A DNA stretch of 32,072 nucleotides from IMG/VR virus record IMGVR_UViG_3300025528_000027, positions 1 through 32,072 of that record; one strand, written 5' to 3'. Of the stretch, positions 15,317 to 22,313 are shown one piece after another. Each line of letters starts with the position of its first letter. Position 1 is the stretch's first letter. A program made the translations under genes and the position numbers. This DNA is from a virus (taxonomy: Duplodnaviria; Caudoviricetes). The notes under the pieces are model-generated. The model saw nothing but the letters and a program-made list of their open reading frames with translations. It was not told the origin of the DNA and made no database searches.

Positions 15317-16040
15317 CGTGAAGGCGCTTGGCGAAATGATCGCCGACCTGATTGCAGATGCGGTCGAGCCGTTGGAGAAGGCGAACGCCGAGCTGCGCAA
15401 GGAGATCGATGCCCTCAAGGCGCGCGAGCCTGACAGCATCGAAGCCCGGCCGGTCGAGATTGACGTGTCCGATGTGGTGAAGGAGCTGCTCGCAGCCGAC
15501 GAGATCAGGCAGTTGGTCGGGCTGGAGGTCGAGGCGTACCTGACGGAGAACCCGCCGCCCCCCGGCGAGCCGGGAAAGTCTGTGACGCTGGACGACGTGT
15601 CCGTGTTTCTGGAAGCCGCTGTCGCCAAGCACGTGCTGGACTTTGAGCGCCGCGCGAGCGAGAAACTGGACAGGGCCATTGAGCGCATCCCGGTGCCGAG
15701 GGATGGACGGGACGGCGTGGACCTGACCGAGCTTTCGCTGGACTACGACGGCGAGCGCACGGTGACGGTCAAGGGCCGTACGGGCACGGTGACCAAGCGC
15801 GTCCCAGTCCCGCTGTGGCGCGGCTACTGGTCGCCGGGTGTCGTTGCAGAGAAGGGCGACATCCTGACGCACAATGGCACGGCTTACATCGCAATCGTGG
15901 ACAACCCACGGTGTGAGCCGGGCGTTGGCAAGTACGACCACGAGTGGAAGGTGTTCGCGCGCAAGGGGCGCGACGGCAGGGATGGCCGAAACGGGATCGA
16001 CAAGACGGCTCCGGTCAAGGTGACGCGCGACGATGAGTGA
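15306..16040 (+). CDS. Head-associated protein with short Gly-X-Y tracts and a CBM5/12-like C-terminal motif
   Basis: Coiled-coil N-terminus, GEPGKS/GRDGVD/GRDGRDGRNG tracts, WRGYW....KGDILTHNGTAYIA. Confidence 0.6.
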   Translation: MQLDVKALGEMIADLIADAVEPLEKANAELRKEIDALKAREPDSIEARPVEIDVSDVVKELLAADEIRQLVGLEVEAYLTENPPPPGEPGKSVTLDDVSVFLEAAVAKHVLDFERRASEKLDRAIERIPVPRDGRDGVDLTELSLDYDGERTVTVKGRTGTVTKRVPVPLWRGYWSPGVVAEKGDILTHNGTAYIAIVDNPRCEPGVGKYDHEWKVFARKGRDGRDGRNGIDKTAPVKVTRDDE

Positions 16041-16446
16041 ATTGATCACCCGCGAGCAGGCATACGAGCACCTGCGGCTGGACTACGACAGCAGCGGCAG
16101 CGCCGATGACGGCTGGCTGGACGTGTTCATCCCGGCAGTCTCTGAGGCCGTGCGGCGGTGGCTGAAAGAGGACTGGCGTCTGTACGAATGGGAGACTGAC
16201 AGCGACGGCAACATCGTGCGAGACTCCGACGGCAACCCCGTCCCGCTTCTTGATAGCGACGGCGAGCCGGTGGTGAAGCCTGTGGTGCGCGCCGCCTGCC
16301 TGCTCGAACTGGCGTCGCAGTACCGATTCCGCGAGGGCGATGGCCGCGACAACGCCGTGCCGTCGCATGAAGGGTACGGCCACGGCCTGACCAGTAAGGC
16401 GGCTGTGGCGCTTCTGACGACGATTCGACGTCCGACGGTGGCATGA
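16033..16446 (+). CDS. Head-tail connector (HK97 gp6-like)
   Basis: LITREQAYEHLRLD, VRAACLLELASQYRFREG, LL..IRRPTVA. Contains three DSDG repeats. Confidence 0.85.
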   Translation: MSELITREQAYEHLRLDYDSSGSADDGWLDVFIPAVSEAVRRWLKEDWRLYEWETDSDGNIVRDSDGNPVPLLDSDGEPVVKPVVRAACLLELASQYRFREGDGRDNAVPSHEGYGHGLTSKAAVALLTTIRRPTVA

Positions 16447-17348
16447 ACTACGACCTTTACCACGGCGACTGCCTAGAGGTGATGGCGGGGCTGCCGGATG
16501 GGTCCGTTGATGCTGTGATCTGTGACCCGCCATATGGGACGATGCAAGGGTTCAACGGCATAGATTGGGACGTTGCGCTGGACCCCGCCGCCGTGTTCGA
16601 GCACTGCAACCGCGTGTTGCGGATGAACGGCGCGCTGGTGCTGTTCTCACAAGAGCCGTACACGTCCCGCCTCATTACCGAGGCGCACGGGAACCTGCCG
16701 TTTAGCTACCGCATGACGTGGCTCAAAGACAGTTTCGCCAATCATTTGATGTGCAAGAAGGCGCCGGTCTCCTACACCGAGGACGTGCTGGTTTTCTTCA
16801 AGAAGTACGACACGCTGGCGCAGCATCCACTACGGAAGTACGCCGCGCGGGTGCTGGCGGCATGCGGTGGTGATCTGAAGGCGATCAACGCGCGGCTGGG
16901 CCATCGTCGCGCGGAGCATTTCTTCTATGTGGAGTCCACGCAGTTTGGGCTTTGCACAGAACAAACCTACGCGCAGTTGTGCGAGGTGTACGGGCTGGAG
17001 GACTTTGAGTGGTTTAAGCCATACGCGGAGCTTGAGGAAATCAACCGCCGCTTCAAACGCCGCTTCAATCTGCCCGAAGGCCAGAAGTACAAGTCCAACG
17101 TCCTGCAATACCCGAAGGACTACACCGGCCACCATCCGACGCAGAAGCCGGTGGCGCTGATGGAGGACTTGGTAAAGACGTACACGGACCCCGGCGAAAC
17201 GGTGCTTGACTTCACGATGGGCAGCGGATCGACCGGCGTCGCCTGCGCGAACACGGGCCGGCGCTTCATTGGCATCGAGCGCGACGACAAATACTTCGCC
17301 ATCGCATCCGAGCGGATCGCGGAAGCGTATCGGAAAGAGGCCGCCTGA
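16443..17348 (+). CDS. DNA N6-adenine/N4-cytosine methyltransferase (beta class) with internal insertion
   Basis: LYHGDCLEVM, DAVICDPPYG, HPTQKPVALME, VLDFTMGSGSTG. Carries an extra segment of roughly 80 aa (HPLRKY...INRRF). Confidence 0.92.
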   Translation: MNYDLYHGDCLEVMAGLPDGSVDAVICDPPYGTMQGFNGIDWDVALDPAAVFEHCNRVLRMNGALVLFSQEPYTSRLITEAHGNLPFSYRMTWLKDSFANHLMCKKAPVSYTEDVLVFFKKYDTLAQHPLRKYAARVLAACGGDLKAINARLGHRRAEHFFYVESTQFGLCTEQTYAQLCEVYGLEDFEWFKPYAELEEINRRFKRRFNLPEGQKYKSNVLQYPKDYTGHHPTQKPVALMEDLVKTYTDPGETVLDFTMGSGSTGVACANTGRRFIGIERDDKYFAIASERIAEAYRKEAA

Positions 17349-17349
17349 C

Positions 17350-17694
17350 ATGCCCGCAGTAGCTTCCGGCAACCTGCGCCACAAGGTGTGGTTGCAAGCC
17401 AAGCAGATCACGCAAGACCCGGTGACGGGCGAAATGCTGACCACATGGGTCACCATCGCCCGCCCGTGGGCCGAGATCGTGCCCATGTCGGGGCGTGAGT
17501 TCATGGCCGCCGGTGCGGAGCAGTCCGAGGTGCGCGGGCGGATCGTGATCCGGTATCGCGATGACGTGGACGCCTCCATGCGCGTCGTCTATCGCGGGCG
17601 GTACTACAACATCTTGGCTGTGCTGCCGGATGCGGAATCCGGGCGCGAACACCTCACGCTGATGACTGGCGAAGGGGTCAGGCTTGACCAGTGA
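17350..17694 (+). CDS. Head closure/head-tail adaptor (SPP1 gp16-like)
   Basis: GNLRHKV.LQ..QDPVTGE...W.....WAEI.P.SGREF..IRYR....MRV..YNI.AVLPD. Confidence 0.88.
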   Translation: MPAVASGNLRHKVWLQAKQITQDPVTGEMLTTWVTIARPWAEIVPMSGREFMAAGAEQSEVRGRIVIRYRDDVDASMRVVYRGRYYNILAVLPDAESGREHLTLMTGEGVRLDQ

Positions 17695-18236
17695 CGACAT
17701 GGGCATTACTCGCGCCGGGTCCTTCCGCTTCGGCGGAGGATGCCGAGCGCGTCAGGGCGGCAGGAATTCCGCTGGGGGTCATCGGAAACGCCTTCCAGCT
17801 CGCGCCGTGGGCCGACTTTCTGGCCGCTACCGATGCGGCGTGGTGGCGGAAGTACCCTGAGGCGCTGACGCTGCCGGGCGCGAAGTACACGATGCACCAG
17901 GTCAAGGGCGTCGAGCGCGTCAAGGTGGCGGGCTACGTATCCGTCAACAGCGGCGTTCTGGGGCTGGAAGTGGCCCGGTCGAAAGGGGCCAGCCGGATCC
18001 TGCTGTTTGGGTTCGACATGCACGGCACGCATTTCTTCGGCCCGTACACCAACGGCCTGAGCAACACCAGCGAGGCCAAGCGCCGGATGCACTTGGCGCA
18101 GTACGCGCGATGGGCGAAGCGGAATCATGAGATACAGGTAATCAACTGCACGCCAGGTTCGGCGCTGCAATGTTTCCCAACGGCGAGGCTGGATGAATAT
18201 CTACGTACCGGACAGGTGCCTGCCGCTGCTTCGTGA
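17691..18236 (+). CDS. Putative Maf/GT29/GT42-like (DUF115-type) transferase
   Basis: APGPS, a downstream N, ADFLAATDAAWW, NSG..GLEVA...GASRILLFGFDM..HFFG, VINCTPGSAL. This motif order is seen in nucleotide-sugar-using Rossmann-like transferases. Confidence 0.55.
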   Translation: MTTWALLAPGPSASAEDAERVRAAGIPLGVIGNAFQLAPWADFLAATDAAWWRKYPEALTLPGAKYTMHQVKGVERVKVAGYVSVNSGVLGLEVARSKGASRILLFGFDMHGTHFFGPYTNGLSNTSEAKRRMHLAQYARWAKRNHEIQVINCTPGSALQCFPTARLDEYLRTGQVPAAAS

Positions 18237-18777
18237 GCAGAGGACGCACTACAGGGACATTCGGGCAGAGTACGGGCGGGAGATCGAGGCGACGTTTGCC
18301 ACGTTCCGAGACTACCTGCCGGAGACTGCCGACAACATTCTGGACATCGGTTCGGGCATGGCCGGTATCGATGTCCTGCTGGGTGGGCACTACCCGGGGG
18401 CTACGCTTCACCTGCTGGACAAGTCTGGCGTGTCGCCGAGGATCAACGCCGGATTCAACGAACGGGCTGAGGACTTCGCGCACTACAACGACTTCGACGC
18501 GGCGCGGGAATTGCTGGCGGCAAACGGAATTACGAATCCGGTTGTCTGCCATGACATGCACTGTGATCCATTCCCGGATCAGCTGTTCGATGTAGTGGTG
18601 AGCCTGCTGTCGTGGGGGTTCCACTATCCGATTTCGACCTATGCGCCGCGCTGCCGTGGAATCATGGTGGTAGACGTGAGGAAGGGAACAGGCGGTGAGG
18701 CAATGCTGGCCGAGTACGGAGACTTGAAAGTCGTCCACGAAGGCAGGAAATATCGGCGGGTCGTCGTCAAGTGCTGA
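18193..18777 (+). CDS. Class I SAM-dependent methyltransferase (non-DNA type)
   Basis: ILDIGSGMAG (motif I), LHLLD (motif II), FDVVVSLLSWGFHYP. No DPPY/NPPY or PC motif. Confidence 0.8.
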   Translation: MNIYVPDRCLPLLREQRTHYRDIRAEYGREIEATFATFRDYLPETADNILDIGSGMAGIDVLLGGHYPGATLHLLDKSGVSPRINAGFNERAEDFAHYNDFDAARELLAANGITNPVVCHDMHCDPFPDQLFDVVVSLLSWGFHYPISTYAPRCRGIMVVDVRKGTGGEAMLAEYGDLKVVHEGRKYRRVVVKC

Positions 18778-19466
18778 CTTTCGTCTGCTTCAAATGGCGT
18801 CCGGTGCGAACCGGCTTCCAGCTCCCGTCGGTGTGTCAGTACACAGCCAAGCACGTCAATGTGCTGCGTTCCATGTTGGAACGACATGTGCATATTCCGC
18901 ACAGACTGGTTTGTGTGACCGATGATCCAGCCGGGATAGATCCGCGTGTGGAGATCGTTCCGCTGTGGGACAAGTGCCGAGCGCTGGGCGGGTGCTACAA
19001 TCGGCTATGGGTGTTCAGCCACGAAGCGCGTGACCTGTTCGGCGACCGATTCGTGTGCATCGATCTGGACGTGGTGCTGGTGCGGGACTGCACGACGCTG
19101 TTCGCGAGGCCCGAGGACTTCGTGATCAACGCCTACAACCCAATCCGCGAAGGCGAAAACGATCAGCACTACAACGGCGGACTTTTCATGATGACCGCCG
19201 GAGCGCGGGCATCGGTCTGGGAGCAGTTCGATCCGCAGACAACGCCAGCCGTTGTGCAGGCGGACCCTCGTGTCATCGGCTCGGATCAGGCGTGGATCAG
19301 GCTTCACCTCGGGCGAGGCGAAGCGCGCTGGACGAATGCCGATGGCGTCTACGAGGCCCGGCAGGTCAGGCACGAGCTGCCGGAGAACGCGCGTCTTGTG
19401 CTGTTCTCCGGCAAGCGTGACCCATCGCGCTTTCCGTATCCGTGGATTCGGGAACACTGGCGATGA
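18771..19466 (+). CDS. GT-A fold glycosyltransferase (GT8-like)
   Basis: VCFKW, LVCVTDD, CIDLDVV (DxD), YNGGLFMM, SDQAWI, LVLFSGKRDP. Confidence 0.82.
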   Translation: MLTFVCFKWRPVRTGFQLPSVCQYTAKHVNVLRSMLERHVHIPHRLVCVTDDPAGIDPRVEIVPLWDKCRALGGCYNRLWVFSHEARDLFGDRFVCIDLDVVLVRDCTTLFARPEDFVINAYNPIREGENDQHYNGGLFMMTAGARASVWEQFDPQTTPAVVQADPRVIGSDQAWIRLHLGRGEARWTNADGVYEARQVRHELPENARLVLFSGKRDPSRFPYPWIREHWR

Positions 19467-20128
19467 GGACCATCGCTTGCGTGCTGAAAACCGGCGTGTG
19501 GCGCAACCGGCACATGCGGGTCGAGTACGGCCCGGATCATGTGCGGTGGCTGCGCGATCAGCTCCCGAGGTACGTGGGGACGGCGTATCGGTTCGTCTGC
19601 CTGAGCGACATTCCGATTGCCGGGGTGGACGTGATCCCGCTGAGGGATGACCTGCCGGGGTGGTGGTCGAAACTTGAGCTGTTCCGCGAGTTGGAGGATG
19701 CGTTCTACGTTGACCTCGATACGGTCATCGTCGGCGACATCACGCGGATGGTGAAGCACAAGCACAGGTTCACCGTGCTGCGGAACCTGTCGAGCAGGCA
19801 GAATGGTCGCATCGGTTCCGGCGTCATGGCGTGGCGGGGCGACTACTCGCACCTATACCGCACATTCATGGAGGACCCGCAGCGGCATATGGCCGAGTGC
19901 GTCACCCCGGCCAAGTGGGGCGATCAGGGGTTCATCCAGCACGTCCAGCGCGAGCATGGCGGCTGGGATTATTTCCAGGACCTGTGGCCGGGGCGCATCC
20001 AGTCGTTCAAGACGGACCTGCGCTACGGCGACCCGGGGAAGGATTGCCGGATCGTGTGTTTCCACGGCGAGCCTCGGCCATGGGCGTCGGGCAAGTCTTG
20101 GGTTCCGGAGTTGAAGCATGGACATTAG
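19463..20128 (+). CDS. GT-A fold glycosyltransferase (GT8-like), second paralogue
   Basis: FVCLSD, GWWSKLELF, YVDLDTVIVGDI (DxD), GSGVMAW, WGDQGFI, CFHGEPRPW. ATGA-coupled start at 19463. Confidence 0.85.
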   Translation: MRTIACVLKTGVWRNRHMRVEYGPDHVRWLRDQLPRYVGTAYRFVCLSDIPIAGVDVIPLRDDLPGWWSKLELFRELEDAFYVDLDTVIVGDITRMVKHKHRFTVLRNLSSRQNGRIGSGVMAWRGDYSHLYRTFMEDPQRHMAECVTPAKWGDQGFIQHVQREHGGWDYFQDLWPGRIQSFKTDLRYGDPGKDCRIVCFHGEPRPWASGKSWVPELKHGH

Positions 20129-20594
20129 CGTCAACGTGCAGGGCCTGGCAGAGATCGAGCGCAAGCTGAAGCTGCTGCCGGAGCGTATCGGCAACAACGC
20201 CATGCGTCGCGCGCTCCGAAAGGGCGCGAATGTCATCCGAGATGCAGCGCGTGCGAACGCAAAGCGGATCGACGACCCGGAAACCCGCGAGGCGATCTAC
20301 AAGAACATCGCCGTGGCCGGTGGTGGCCGGAGGCGCGAGCGGCAGGCCGGTGGCGTGATGATGCGAGTCGGCGTCCGTGGCGGCGCGAGGCCGCTGAGGA
20401 AGGGGACCGATACCGGTCTGCCGGGCGGCAACACGACCCACTGGCGATTCGTTGAGTTCGGGACCAGCCAGGCGCGAGCGCAGCCGTTCATGCGCCCAGC
20501 CGCTGCCAGCTCCGCCGGTGCGGCGTATCAGGCTGTGGCGGCGGCAGCGCCTGCCGAGATCGACAAAGAGCTGCGCAAGCTGGGGATCACCTGA
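20118..20594 (+). CDS. HK97 gp10-family tail completion protein
   Basis: V.GL.E..RKL, RRALRKGANVIRD.A, WRFVEFGTS..AQPFMRPA. Confidence 0.9.
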   Translation: MDISVNVQGLAEIERKLKLLPERIGNNAMRRALRKGANVIRDAARANAKRIDDPETREAIYKNIAVAGGGRRRERQAGGVMMRVGVRGGARPLRKGTDTGLPGGNTTHWRFVEFGTSQARAQPFMRPAAASSAGAAYQAVAAAAPAEIDKELRKLGIT

Positions 20595-20968
20595 TGTATC
20601 CGGACATTTTCCAGACTGCTAAGAAAAGCTCGGCAGTTACCGCGCTGCTCGGCAGCAATCCGGTGAGGTTCTGGCCGTTTGGCACCGCGCCGCAGGGCGA
20701 GGAGCGTCCCTATGCGGTCCACCAGCTTGTGTACGGCACGCCGGCTAACACGCTGTCCTGCCCGCCGTCCGAGGACGTGATGGGCATCCAGGTGGATTGC
20801 TACGCCAAGAGCGTGAGTTCCGCCCGAGCCGTCGCCGCAGCCCTGCGGGACGCGATCGAGGGCGACTTCAACCACGTAGTCGCATGGAACGGTGAGGACT
20901 ACGAGCCCGCCACCGGCCTGTGGCGCGTCAGTTTTACTGCCGAGTTCTTCATGGAACGCGGCACCTGA
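20594..20968 (+). CDS. Tail terminator (DUF3168-like)
   Basis: VTALLG..RFWPFG.APQ..PYAV.Q..G.P.N.L...IQVDCYA, positioned before the tail tube gene. Confidence 0.82.
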   Translation: MYPDIFQTAKKSSAVTALLGSNPVRFWPFGTAPQGEERPYAVHQLVYGTPANTLSCPPSEDVMGIQVDCYAKSVSSARAVAAALRDAIEGDFNHVVAWNGEDYEPATGLWRVSFTAEFFMERGT

Positions 20969-21031
20969 TTCGGTCTGTGCACAGGCCGAAACGGCTGCCG
21001 TGAGGCAGTCGGAAACCCCGCCGTGAGGCGG
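20969..21031 (+). promoter_or_regulatory. Tandem hairpins in the tail tube leader
   Basis: TTCGGTCTG-TGCA-CAGGCCGAA, GGCTGCC-GTGA-GGCAGTC and CCGCC-GTGA-GGCGG. Confidence 0.55.
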
Positions 21032-21060
21032 CACATCCCAACGTTGGAAGGAAAATGTAG

Positions 21061-21537
21061 ATGCGTACCGCAGGAACCGAGCTGTACTTCATTGACCCGA
21101 ACGATTGCAGTGTCGTGCAGGTTGGCTGCCCGACTTCGATCACCGGCCTTGATTCCACCATTGAGCAGCTGGAAACCACTTGTCTGGAATCCACCGCTCG
21201 CACCTACGAAGCGGGCCTTGCCACTCCCGGCACGGCTTCATTCACGCTGAACCTTGACCCGCAGGACCCGTCACACATTCGCCTGCTGGAACTCAAGACT
21301 GCGGGCACTTCGCTGAAGTGGGTCATCGGCTTCCCGGATGCCATCGGCACCGCCCCGACCGGAACGACCGACTCTGACGGCGAGTGCGCATTCGTCCTCC
21401 CGTCGAACCGGACGTGGCTGGAGTTCGAGGGCTTCGTGAACAGCTACGCCTTCGATTTCAGCCTGAATGCGCTGATCACTGCGACTGTCGGCATTCAGGT
21501 GTCCGGCGACCCGGTGCTGACCCCGGCGGGTAGCTAA
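21061..21537 (+). CDS. Major tail tube protein
   Basis: GTELYFID, LETTCLE..RTYEAGL.TPG.ASF.LN.DP, F.GFV....FDF, IQVSG.P. Confidence 0.9.
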   Translation: MRTAGTELYFIDPNDCSVVQVGCPTSITGLDSTIEQLETTCLESTARTYEAGLATPGTASFTLNLDPQDPSHIRLLELKTAGTSLKWVIGFPDAIGTAPTGTTDSDGECAFVLPSNRTWLEFEGFVNSYAFDFSLNALITATVGIQVSGDPVLTPAGS

Positions 21538-21556
21538 CGGCGATTGATTCAACTTC

Positions 21557-21621
21557 GGGCGGGTCAGCGGGCGTTTCCTCGCCGTGCGTACCGCGCCGCC
21601 CACCTATTCAACGGTGAGGAA
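21557..21621 (+). promoter_or_regulatory. Putative RBS-sequestering pseudoknot before the tail chaperone
   Basis: Hairpin 21557-21601 whose loop TTCCTCGCCGT (21575-21585) is complementary to ACGGTGAGGAA (21611-21621), which contains the SD. Confidence 0.55.
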
Positions 21622-21624
21622 TGC

Positions 21625-22038
21625 ATGAAGATTGACTTCAAGAAGCTACAGGAGATTGGCGCATTCGTCGGCGCTCCTGTCGAAAAAACTATCAAGTGGA
21701 CGTTGACCAGGGAGGACGGCACTACGGAGGATTTCGAGGGTGTGGTCTATGTCCGTCGAAACTCCTGCGCGACATTCGAGCGTGATATCAAGGCGCACAT
21801 GGCCGGGCAGGAAGCGGCGGCGACCAAGATCAGCACGAACGTCTGCGACGAGAACGGCAATCCGATCCTGACCTATGAGCAGGCGCTCGACCTTGCAGAG
21901 CCGCTTGCTGCTGCGTTGCTCGCCGCGATCATTGAGGTCAACGCCCCAAAAAACTCGAACCCGCCGACGAACTCTGGCACGAACTCGTCCTCGCAGGCGT
22001 CGGCGGGCGAACAATCGCAGAAGCGAAACGAAACCTGA
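21625..22038 (+). CDS. Tail assembly chaperone (gpG-like)
   Basis: Lies between tube and tape measure. GAFVGAPVEKTIKW, VCDENGNPI. GAGGA RBS before the ATG at 21625. Confidence 0.85.
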   Translation: MKIDFKKLQEIGAFVGAPVEKTIKWTLTREDGTTEDFEGVVYVRRNSCATFERDIKAHMAGQEAAATKISTNVCDENGNPILTYEQALDLAEPLAAALLAAIIEVNAPKNSNPPTNSGTNSSSQASAGEQSQKRNET

Positions 22039-22313
22039 GTCAAGCCGAGTTCCTGCAATGGGCTGAGTACCGCAGGAAGTGGGGACCGCTGAACCCGATG
22101 GCACGAAACGACGCAGGCTTTGCGCTTCTGGCTGGGCTGCTGTGCGCGGCTCACGGGATCAAGGGGCAGGACGGGCAACGCCTGACGCAAAAGGACTTCA
22201 TGCCGTACCCGGTGACGGAGCGGGATGACGAGTTCACCCCAGAGAAGGCACTTCTCATGTTCAAGAACCTGGCCTCGAAGTCGAAGGCCGCCAAGAAACG
22301 GAAGCAGTCATAG
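21625..22313 (+). CDS. Tail assembly chaperone frameshift fusion (gpGT-like)
   Basis: The -1 frame after the slippery site is open: KLEPADELWHELVLAGVGGRTIAEAKRNLSQAEFLQWAEYRRKWGPLNP, continuing into the 22098-22313 ORF. Confidence 0.82.
21945..21954 (+). other. -1 programmed ribosomal frameshift site
   Basis: C CCA AAA AAC in the chaperone reading frame, giving two overlapping X XXY YYZ heptamers. Confidence 0.85.

Noticed and set aside
13676-15688. 670-aa minus-strand ORF (likewise 12045-13652, 7833-9008, 280-1377, 5352-6407 and similar)
   Set aside because: Antisense shadows of well-supported + strand genes in GC-rich DNA, with no recognisable motifs.
16198-16263. Repeats in the connector gene as a CRISPR-like or DNA-level repeat
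   Set aside because: Only 12-bp degenerate units with synonymous differences. The repeat is at protein level (DSDG) and is reported as such.
17691-20128. Cassette as O-antigen/serotype conversion moron
   Set aside because: No GtrA/GtrB-like or polytopic membrane protein, no own promoter or terminator, and tight coupling to late genes. Disfavoured but not formally excluded.
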